Source: Paramoeba atlantica (Eukaryota; Protista; Discosea). Taken from it: a DNA stretch of 64,000 nt. Position numbers and translations under genes: made by a program. The DNA is taken from the NCBI GenBank assembly GCA_977017575.1, contig CDRNVI010000090.1, forward strand, positions 105,425 to 169,424. The letters run 5' to 3'. Below, piece after piece: positions 11,262 through 20,717 of the stretch (the first letter of the stretch is position 1; each line of letters opens with the position of its first letter). The notes below the pieces were generated by a model, which was given only the letters and a program-made list of their open reading frames with translations, did not search any database and was not told the origin of the DNA.

Positions 11262-12024
11262 ATCCACGTCTGTGTCTTTCTTCCTCCTTCCCCACGGGGA
11301 GGCGGAGAGACAGAAAGAAGGCGAAGCGGGGAGAAGGATATACGCGGAGAGTATAAGCTAAGCGGAGAGTAAGGGATAAGCGAAGACGGTAAGGAAGAGA
11401 GAAAAACTTGTTTTTCAAAGTTTTTCACAGGATGATTCCATGGTCTATCCATAATTCTAATTGAAGAGAGGCCTGATTTTTTTTTGAAAAGATCCGAATT
11501 TGGCGGAGTCATCCTGCAGATACTACCAGGGGGGTAAGGTAAGCCGGGCGCCAAGACCCCGGCTACCCCTTCTGCGGGTTCATTTCGAAAAGAAAAAAGA
11601 TTACTCACGTGTGCCCCCATGGACCCCCGTAGACTCCCAATTTATCTGATTTTTTCAAAAAAAATTCATTCTATTTTAAACCTCCGAAGCCCCTTTTGGG
11701 TAATATGCAGTATAAATATAGGTTGAAAGTGAAATTTTTCAATATTTTTCGAATTGATTTTTTTGAAGGAAATATGCAGGAGAAATAATTTCAATGGGAA
11801 TTCGAACTTCCTTGGAAATGTACTCTCCATATTTCGAACCTTTTTCACTTCCCAAATGTTCTCTGCAACGTGTACTACTTTGGCTTATTTGCTGCCATTC
11901 CTCAATTTCGCCGTTAAAGGCAGAAAAAACAGTGTGTTGGCTGCGAAACTGCTTCGGGTTAAACGCCCTTGGTCAATGTTGTGTCCATCCTGATAGAAGA
12001 TCTTCACGTGAGGGGCTGTGGGTA

Positions 12025-12200
12025 AAACCTCGAGAAACCTCTCCCAAACTTTGGTGAATCCCAGATGCAGCCTCAAGAAACCTCGATGACACCTTTCGGA
12101 ACGTCGATGAAACTTCGCGAAACCTCGGTGAAACCTCGCGAAACGTTGAGAACATGATAAATCCCTTATCAAGCTTCGCGAAGCCTCGTGAAACATCGCC
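12025..12200. repeat. Degenerate ~11-nt-period repeat (gaaacctcg core)
   Basis: Recurrent gaaacctcg/gaaacttcg/gaagcctcg units. Confidence 0.6.
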
Positions 12201-12956
12201 ACCCGCAGCCCCTCAAGTAAGTGATGACATCTAGAGAGCAAAGTTTTCTCGAGGGAATCTAGAAGGAATCTAAATAAGAATCTAAACACTAAATAGGGGG
12301 GATAGTAAGTGTAAAGTTGAGTGTAAAAGAGTTGAAATACCACTTTGAACGCCGCTAAAGCCGTTTACCATACGTATAAATACATTAGAGGGGCTGTGGG
12401 TATGATCTCGCGTGATCTCGTTTCGAGGTCGTCCAACCACCCTCCCGAGCCAAATCAGCTCTAGAGAGATCTCGCGTGATCTCGCATGATTAAAAGCTTT
12501 TTTACGCACTTAATTGGAGAAGTAGTACAAAACGGATTCATTTCATCAATACAATTAAGGTCCTCCTCAATACAACCTCCTCAAATCTACAACCTCAATG
12601 GAATTAAGGTCAGGAGAATTTGCCGGCCATTTTGTTATGTATTTTACTTTTGAAGTAAAGAAATAGGTTTTCGTACTTTTCGTCGTGTGTGCCCCGCCCT
12701 ATCTTGCTGAAAGATAAATTTTCGGGGAAAGGGAACATTACTTTCTACACAGGGAACGTTTCTACACAAGTTTCACTTGTGACTGAACTGTTGGATAGTA
12801 GTACTTCAAAATAACGCCATTCAACTCCAATGGCTCCCCACACGTGAAATTTGGTCGCCCAACGCATTTTCTGCGTGGGGACGGCCTTTTCTCCTGGGGC
12901 AACCCACATCTTTTGACGTCTATCATTTGCATCAAATATCTTTACACTTGATTTTC

Positions 12957-13065
12957 TTTTTTAGTCGCTTCGTTAAACGCAGTGGTTGTTTTCAACTTAG
13001 AAGTCACTCATGCTGCGCGCTTCGCGTTGAAAACTACCTCCGCGTTTAACGAAGCGACTAAAAAA
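12957..13065. repeat. 40-bp inverted repeat (first 24 bp perfect) with ~29-nt spacer; possible mini-MITE
   Basis: ttttttagtcgcttcgttaaacgcagtggttgttttcaac versus gttgaaaactacctccgcgtttaacgaagcgactaaaaaa, 3 mismatches. Confidence 0.85.
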
Positions 13066-13672
13066 AATCACCAAAACATCATGCAAAAGCAATTTTTTTT
13101 TTGGGTGTAATAGCCCGATTTGTATGCGCAAATTGCGAAATTTTAACCCAAATTTGGGCCGTTTTTGATGCATTACCAATACGGTTAGGAGGCGAATCTG
13201 ACGAAAAAAATGTCGTAGAATGGTAGCTGAGGTCCAAAACTCTTAAAATACGTTTTAGGAGTCGATTTTGGAAAAATAATATTTTTACTTTTTTCTGGGT
13301 CAAAAAAAGATTTTTTTTGGTCAGCCCAAAAATTTCGGAAATTTTGACCGTGTCGGACCCCTCCTGCGCGTACCAGGGGGGGTCACCCCAGGTGGGGGGC
13401 TGGAAAAATATCGCCGCGGCATACTCTACGACTTCCCTGCGCTCGATTTTGAAAAGCAAAAAATTCGACAAAAAATTCGCGACGTCTGTCCCACCCCTGG
13501 ACCCCCACACCTGGACCCCCGCCATGGACCCCCCATGTTTTGAATTTTTTTCAGTTTTGGACCACCGGAGCCCCCTTCTATATATTTTCTTCTATTATAT
13601 TACTGTGTTCCACTTTATATTTTCACTGTTTTTGTTGATTTTTTTCTCTAATCGAGGGTAGAGCGTTAGTTA

Positions 13673-13770
13673 CTGTCCCCCCCCCTACTTAAGAGTCCGC
13701 CGATTTTGGACATTTGGACTCTTAAGTGGGGGGGTCACAATTTTCCGGACTCTTAAGTGGGGGGGTCAGC
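13673..13770. mobile_element. Solo left end related to the 6186 MITE family
   Basis: TA + ctgtc(c)n-tacttaagagtcc-gccgattttgg parallels TA + ctatc(c)n-tatttaatagg-actccgattttgg; two inverted subterminal copies ggactcttaagt(g)n. Confidence 0.55.
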
Positions 13771-14063
13771 ATTTTTTCATGAAATTTCAATATGGCCTGT
13801 TCTTTTTTGTCTATATTTTTGTTCTCTATTTTTGTCTAATGAAGGTCGGCGTCTGTATGATCGATAAGATAGCAGTGCTAGGGAAGACCACGAGGGGGTC
13901 CCGACCATATTTCCCCATTACGCACTCACATCAGGAGTGGTAGATTTTATGAATTTGATAAAAATTATTGTCTAGTCAAGGTGTGGAGACCAATTTTTGC
14001 ATAGTGTTGATCTGCTAATATACTCTTTTTCGACACCAAATAGAGAACAACGTAAGTTATTTA

Positions 14064-16016
14064 TTACATTATATTATATTTTTCGCCAGGCATTTGCTGA
14101 AGGCATTTGGCGAAATACATCAAGTAAGGGTCCTTTGTGCTTATTTCTAAGTGAGAAATAAGTCTGTCTCGGAAAATTGTGACATTAGCCCGACGTGCTA
14201 TTGAGGCATGTTCAAAAAAACTGTCATAAATATTCAAAATATGACCCTTGATATGAAGGAGAATATAATGATATTCGTAATGCAGTACCGCGTACACTTG
14301 GGTGGCATGCGATACTTTTGGGGATATTTCTTGTACGCACAGATATTTTATGTGTGATGTATACCCCAGCGTACAACATCTTCGGCCGGATGTGCTTCTT
14401 TGAATTTCCGGTAGGCCGCCAAACATAGGTCGTCTACAACGCTACCAGGGAGAAAAGAACCTCTCCGTTGGTAGGATTTCCATTTGTGCTGTGATCGCAG
14501 CAGCTCCTTCTCCTGAGTTGCGTCATCCGAAAGAATTATCGGAGAGGACTCCCGCTGCGATGAGCCCTCATCGGAATCTGCACTTAGTAACGTACACACA
14601 ACTGGTGATGAAGTAATACCATCAGAGTTGTGTACGTGTTGTTTTGGCATAGTCTCGACACTTTCCATCGGGCTCGATTGGGCCACAGATTCATGGAGCT
14701 TATCAGCTCTTGCTATTTTGTTTGCTTCCCTTTTTCTCTTTCTATAGTTTTGTTTCGAAGGCCCGTTCTCACCTGATTGTTTCCATTCCCAGGGGTACGT
14801 GATCATGGGTTCCATTATATACCGATTGGCCACATCTAATATGGTTTTATCGTATTTTTTCCAAAAGGGGTCGTGTGACTTCTTCACAAGCTCCATAGTA
14901 ACCTCTCTGGTTATCTTCTCCCGTGACCTTGTCTTTGCCCGGAAATCCTTCAGTACCCCTTTGTAAGATCTTTTGAACTGACGAATTATAAAAACATCAT
15001 GCACTTGAATAGTGTAAGTGCACCCATCAGGAATGCGGTGGGTTAGTGTGGTGTGGGGAGTGAGACGCAGGGGGTTGTGGGGGAGGGTTATGATTCTCAG
15101 GTGGGGGGTGAGACGCAGGGTGTTGGGGGGGGAGGGTTAGTGTGGTGTGGGGAGTGAGACGCAAGGGGTTCGGAGGGAAGGTTAGTGTGATATGGGGAGT
15201 GAGACGCAGGGGGTTGGGAGGGAAGGTTAGTGTGATATGGGGAGTGAGACGCAGGGGGTTGGGAGGGAAGGTTAGTGTGATATGGGGAGTGAGACGCAGG
15301 GGGTTGGGAGGGAAGGTTAGTGTGATATGGGGAGTGAGACGCAAGGGGTTGTGGGGGAGGGTTAGTGTGGTGTGGGGAGTGAGACGCAAGGGGTTGTGGG
15401 GGAGGATTATGATTCTCAGGTGGGGAGTGAGACGCAGGGGGTTGGGAGGGAAGGTTAGTGTGATATGGGGAGTGAGACGCAGGGGGTTGTGGGGGAGGGT
15501 TAGTGTGGTGTGGGGAGTGAGACGCAGGGGGTTGTGGGGGAGGGTTAGCATTCTCAGGTGGGGAGTTAATGGAAGGGTAGTGGTTGGGAGGGTTGGGAAG
15601 TCGGGGGTGGGAGGGGGGGTGGCCGCGAGGCTTTGGAAGTCGGGGGTGGTTAGAGGGGTGATTGGAAGGGTTGGAAACACGGGGGTGGGAAGGGGAGGGG
15701 TTGGGAGGGTTTCGAAGACGGGGATGGGAAGAGGGGTGATCGGGAGGGTTGGGAAGTCGGGAGTGAGAAAAGGGTTGATCATGAAGTTTACCATACTCAC
15801 GTGGGGAGTGAGGCGTCGAGTTGGGGCCGTGGTGTGAAAGGCCGCAAAGAAGGGGGTTGGGAAGTCTGGGGTACGAAGAAGGTCGGAACGGGCGGTTGGG
15901 AAGTCGGGGGTGTGAAGGGGGCTGAAGGTTGGGGTTTCCTTGATGCGATGGGAAGAGAGGAGTACGGGGTTGGTCGGGTGGGTTGGGAAGTTGGGCACGT
16001 GAAGAGGGTTGAACAC
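14064..16016 (-). pseudogene. Frameshifted ORF: Pro/Thr-rich 15-aa repeats, basic linker, Ulp1/C48-like protease core
   Basis: ORFs 15027-16016 and 14348-15004 join if one G is removed from the run at 15125-15132 (no stops in the bridging frame). GSFLPGSVVDDLC and HYILLHIKGHILNIYDS...LQQ resemble C48 protease motifs; the catalytic Cys is not securely found. Confidence 0.4.
15035..15560. repeat. G-rich 45-nt minisatellite (~11 units)
   Basis: Unit gggagtgagacgcagggggttgggagggaaggttagtgtgatatg with variants; continues as more degenerate G-rich repeats to ~16320. Confidence 0.92.
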
Positions 16017-16462
16017 TACCGTTTACCTTGATGAGATGGGGACAGAGGAGAAAGGGGTTGGTCGGGCGGGTTGGGAAGGTGGGGGTGCGAGGAGGGTTGA
16101 AGACGATGGTTATCTTGATGACGAAATGGGGATAGAAGAGAACGGGGTTGGCTACCGGAATGGGGTAACGGAAGGCTACCGTGGTTGGGTGGGGTGATAG
16201 ATGAAAGGGGTTGGTCGGCAGATTTGCCTTTCTCGTGTGAGGAAGGTGATCGGAGGGGAGAAGAACTTCGATCAGTTCGCGAGAGGGTTGAAGGGGGTTG
16301 AGGAGGATGGTTGTGTACCATGCCTGCCCGTAGTCAGCTACTTCCTCGGAGTACCATCAAGGAAAATAGCTTGGAAATATTGAAAAAGCGACTAAACGCC
16401 AACAGAAATACTTTCTACTTTTATACTATTATACTTTCGACTTACCTACATAACGTCACTCT

Positions 16463-17402
16463 TCAAACCTTGAAAAAGAGTTTTTCGAATTTCTTCGGAC
16501 ATTCCCACCGTAAAACCTTTCTCGGCCACTTGTTCAACTTTCTTGCTGTCTTGGTGACCTCCGTAAGGCTGAGTGAATCAAAAGATCGGTCGCCTTGTGG
16601 TATTGGCGAATTAGGCCATTCATGTTTTCCACCGCCCCCTTTTCCCATGAGTGGTACGGAGCGCAGAAATATGAATTGCAACGAAGCTTTTCATTCACCC
16701 GTTCATGTTTCGAAGATTCTGTACCGTTGTCGTACGTAATGGTACAAACTTTATACTTCTTTAAGCACTTTATAATTTGATTTGCAACTTCTTCCGCATG
16801 CACACGTTGCACAACGAACCGACTCTTTCTCTCACACAAGGTCAGAATGTACCCTGAGTGGTTTTTCCTTCCCTAGGTCCGCTTCCCAATCCCCATACCG
16901 ACGCCTCTTGTTAAATATCTGAGGGCGAAGACGGATGGGGACTCTGTTTGGGATCGTTGGGCGACCTCGGTTGAAGCGACGCCTATAAGGACGCTTGCCA
17001 CGAATCCGAAGGGATTTGTAGAGCTTCCCGCCGTCGTCTTTGTCGCGTGCCACATGGCGATAAATAATGGTCACGGACGGTGAAGCCTGTGAGCCAACAA
17101 CTAAGGTGTTGGCTACCTGTTCGGGGCTGTGAAGTTGTCCTAAGCGCTTCTTAATGTGGCGCTCCACAGGCCCACAGATAAGCCGGGGACGCACAGCCTT
17201 ACCACAAGCGGCGCTTTGACACTCTGTATGCGCGGCTGGCTTTGTAACGCCGACCCCGTTTCTTGTGACGGGCCAGCTCACGGCTAACGGGGCTATGAGA
17301 TTTACCGATAGACCTGCCGATCTCACACCGTGTCGCGCCTGCCTCGAACATCTCTTGAATGGTGACTCTGTCCCTTTGCCCGAGCCTCTGATATTTTGAC
17401 AC
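16463..17402 (-). mobile_element. IS30-family transposase pseudogene (DD33E)
   Basis: HTH (CEIGRSIGKSHSPVSREL), HSPEQVA, IYRHV...GGKLYKSLR, IPNRVPI, GDWEAD, ILTLCERKSRF, TITYDNG, YFCAPYHSWEKGAVENMNGLIRQY, KLNKWPRKVL; ~313 codons across three frameshifts; no TIRs found. Confidence 0.88.
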
Positions 17403-17536
17403 GAAGAATAAAGAAAAGAATAGTTAGAGTATACAGCATAGATATTGGGATTATAGTAGAATAGAACTAGAAACGAATTTCCAAAAATAGACTTTTGGTG
17501 CACTGGATATGATAATCCACCGTTTCTTTATAAGTA

Positions 17537-17625
17537 AAGGGATGTAAATTTGGATGTGGGGGGGTCTAAAATTTGTAAAACTTGGCCAATTTTGGAAAAT
17601 AGTTGCGCATTCGAGAGCTCTCCAA
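17537..17625 (+). mobile_element. Diverged solo TIR of the 18663 Tc1 family
   Basis: ta-aagggatgtaaatttggatgtgggggggtctaaaatttgtaaaacttggccaattttggaaaatag is colinear with ta-caggggtgcgaatctaaaggtggggggggtctaaaattcgtaaaaattgtccaattttggaatataatag. Confidence 0.7.
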
Positions 17626-17944
17626 CTGGGCTCATGAACGTGCATGTTTTTCTGATTTCTCCCCTGATTCATGCTACAAAGACGGGGTTGTGGGCGATCA
17701 CCCGAACACAAAAACTACGAAAGGGTTTATTCTCCCGTATAAACTTTATTAAAGGGGGTGCTGATGCATCATTTGGAATGAAAACGGAGGTATGAAGGGG
17801 GGGGGGTCACCCTCTGAAATACAAAAGTGGGTGGCAGCACTATCCATTGGATAGTGGATATTCCAACACGTTACATCGTGTGCTGTGCTAATGTTCCGAC
17901 ATAAATCTTGAAATTCATTCTTTTCTTCGTTGTAACGCATTTTG

Positions 17945-18135
17945 TTTTTGCTGCTCACTTCGAATTCTGCCATATACCATACACCACAGACGCGTTGCCC
18001 CCCTGTTGTTGGTAACCTGTCCTGGGCTGTGAAGCTGCCCTAAGAGCTTGGCTTGGCGCTTCACGGGCCCAAAGATCATCCGAGGGCGCACAGGTGTGTT
18101 TTCCAGGCGTCGCGTGGATACTCTCTGAGCATAAT
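17945..18135 (-). mobile_element. Second, diverged IS30-like transposase fragment
   Basis: RVSTRRLENTPVRPRMIFGPVKRQAKLLGQLHSPGQVTN versus RVSKRRL..GKAVRPRLICGPVERHIKKRLGQLHSPEQVAN in the 16463-17402 copy. Confidence 0.8.
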
Positions 18136-18662
18136 AATCCACCAGGTACACTGCGAAGGTGACAGTCTGTTCTATGAGGCAGCCGTATTCGGTCGAGTTT
18201 TAAAAAAAAGAGAAACAAAGTTTTTTAAAGTTTTATAGTAAAGTAAAGTAAATAAAGTACTATATAGTAACTTTATTCGCAAAATTAAACTTTATTTTAC
18301 TTTATTAAAGTTTCCGCGAACCCTGCTATCCAAAGCCCTCCGATATGGCAAACATATTTTCTTATCTCCCGTATTTTATGTTGTGGGTAACACCGAGTAC
18401 CACGCGTACGGTACGCCAGTACGGTACTCAGGTACTCAAGACCCTAGATACTCGCGAATGTATGATAATAATATTCAAAGTATTTTGCATGGTTTTACTT
18501 AATTTCAATAGCCTACACAGTTTATGAGGACAAGGGTTGCTGAAAATCACCACAGTTTCTGACGACCGCTGAGTTAACTCCACGTGTTCTCGACGTTCCG
18601 AGAACAGTGTTTTGTTGGTTCTGAGAACAAGAACGTGTTCTTGCTCTCAGAACAACAATGTA

Positions 18663-19787
18663 CAGGGGTGCGAATCTAAAGGTGGGGGGGGTCTAAAATT
18701 CGTAAAAATTGTCCAATTTTGGAATATAATAGCGCATTGGATAGCTCTCACAGAGTTGTATGTTTTAGGATAGGTAGCTTCCGGGGTTTGGGGGGTACCC
18801 CCCTTTCATGTAAGGGTCAAAAACACATATTGCAATACTTTAGTGATGTCAATAATTTCTGTAATTTGGATTGCAAAAGACAATTAATAACCACAGTGCC
18901 CCCCGTTCCGACTAATAACAATTTCACAACGCTTCCTGAAACTCTTCAACGTTTTCTGAACCGTTGCAGAGTGGGTCTGTTTCAATTTAAGGAAAGACCC
19001 CTCAATAGCGGCTTCCAGTTGCTGTCGATTTCGGGGTTGAAGAAGATTTTTGTCTGTGTCCATCACAGACCACAATTTTTCGATCGGATTCAGGTCTGGA
19101 GATTTTGCAGCCCAGGGAAGAACGGAAATTCCTGTATCACGGAACGTGGCACGCGCCTTGTTGTGGGCCGGGCAGTTGTCCATGGCAATCGTGGCCGCTG
19201 GATGTCGCTTTAGATATTGAAGAAAGCCCCGTGGCTTTTTCATAGCCTGATCAAAAATTTCACCCGTAACGGTGAGTTTCTGGCCTTCTGAATTTTGAGG
19301 AGGGAAAATATGAAGATGGAAGCCGTGTTTGAGGGGTAACCACCGTCGAAACACGCTCTCGGGATGCCGTTAACACGTCACCCGTAAGGGTAAAACGTTC
19401 AACCCAGCGTTTTACAGTGTTCTTATGAACACCAAAGTGCTGTGCCGCAGCGGAGTACGATCCTGTGCGCTCGTATTCCGCCACCAAGCATTTCAGCATG
19501 CGGTGGCTCTCTTTGACGGGGGCGGGGGAAGAATACGATCTATCGCTCAGTCCTCCACGGGAAGTCCTCGAGCGAGCGCGCTTTTGGAGCATTTTCTAGT
19601 AAAAAATGTAATTTCTGCAAAGGAAAAAAGAGAAATATGGTATCAAAAAATATGTACGTTAAAATCACAGGATTTTAATGCGCCTAAAACATACAACTCT
19701 GTGAGAGCTATCCAATGTGCTATTATTTTCCAAAATTGGACAACTTTTACGAATTTTAGACCCCCCACCTTTAGACCCGCACCCCTG
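18663..19787 (-). mobile_element. Tc1/mariner (IS630-Tc1) element, 1125 bp, internally deleted transposase
   Basis: TIRs 18663-18769 and 19683-19787 (about 5 substitutions plus a 2-nt indel); TA at 18661-62 and 19788-89; HTH (SYSAAAQHFGVHKNTVKRW) and MDNCPAH...WAAKSPDLNPIEKLW; the first catalytic Asp region is absent. Confidence 0.93.
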
Positions 19788-20030
19788 TATGTAAATCTCT
19801 AGTTTTTAGAAACCTTTTGTATTACTATAAATAATTCTGTATTACGGACATAAAGTATTCAAAAAAATAAGATAAAAATATATAGAATACCATTTTTGGG
19901 ATTGTTTCTCTTCCAAAATTGAGAGAAGGGGGGAAGGTGAACATTTCTCATTATCCTGCTTTGAGAGCTTCTAGGATTTCATAGGAGAAATGCCTCCGAA
20001 ATTTTTTCTAGTTTGAACCCTCTTACTCTA

Positions 20031-20326
20031 AACCATGTTCCAGGATAGTATACCCGTGCTCACTAAGTCCCAAGGCCACTTAGTATACCCCCCTCCCAAC
20101 ATCAGGAGCGGGAGATGTCCTTTTTTTGGAAGCGACAAAACTTTTCTAGCAAGCAACTTTTCTTCACACGGTAAGAAATCGAATTTTAAGGTCAAGGCAC
20201 CATTTTTCTAGCAAATACAGATAAGGAACGCGATTTTTGTTTTGCTTTTTAGGCAAAATTTAGTACTACTTAGTATACCGTACCCACTTAGTATACCTAC
20301 TAGGTGCACTATCCTGGAACGTGGCT
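20031..20326. mobile_element. MITE with ~19-bp TIRs and TA duplication, 296 bp
   Basis: ta-aaccatgttccaggatagt ... actatcctggaacgtggct-ta; internal repeats of acttagtatacc. Confidence 0.7.
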
Positions 20327-20717
20327 TATATTCCTTTTAAATTACTTCTCAATCAATGCAAACTTACGTTTAGTACGTTGTGCCTGTGGCCACGTATTGT
20401 GCAGTATAGCTAGTTATTGTTTATATACGTATAGCTAGTTATTGTTCCAGGGGGGGGGCAACAATGGATTAAAACAATGTTTTAAAAAAATAAGAAGACG
20501 AATAAAAAAGACGAATGAACAAAAATAATTAATGGTAGACTGCGCGGGAGTAGACTGCGCGCAGGGCGAACCGACCCCGAACCAGAATGGTTTCACCCCT
20601 CCTACACTGTAGTATTATTAGGTCATAAAATTTTATTGCACTTATGCAATGCAAAGATAAGTTATTCTTGTACAACAAGTGCATTAATATTCTTTATTGG
20701 GGGAAGTTAGTTGACTC

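Noticed and set aside
11420-13620. One large element bounded by ggaccccc-rich segments near 11615 and 13500
   Set aside because: The shared motifs are short and in the same orientation; no TIR or TSD pair found
15035-15560. 45-nt repeats as a CRISPR array or telomeric repeat (contains gggttag)
   Set aside because: Units are contiguous with no unique spacers, and the telomere-like heptamer occurs only singly per unit
15142-15837. 231-aa Gly/Arg/Val-rich + strand ORF
   Set aside because: GTG start and simply the mirror frame of the minisatellite; the minus frame links to non-repetitive coding sequence. Not fully excluded without RNA data
17495-17525. Possible IS30 left inverted repeat (ggattatcatatccagtgcacc on the minus strand)
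   Set aside because: No matching inverted copy near the transposase 3' end (~16440-16500)
18225-18450. hAT-like right ends (…gaaccctg, …gacccta) with gtac-rich and AT-rich subterminal repeats
   Set aside because: No partner termini or 8-bp TSDs could be identified, so no element can be delimited
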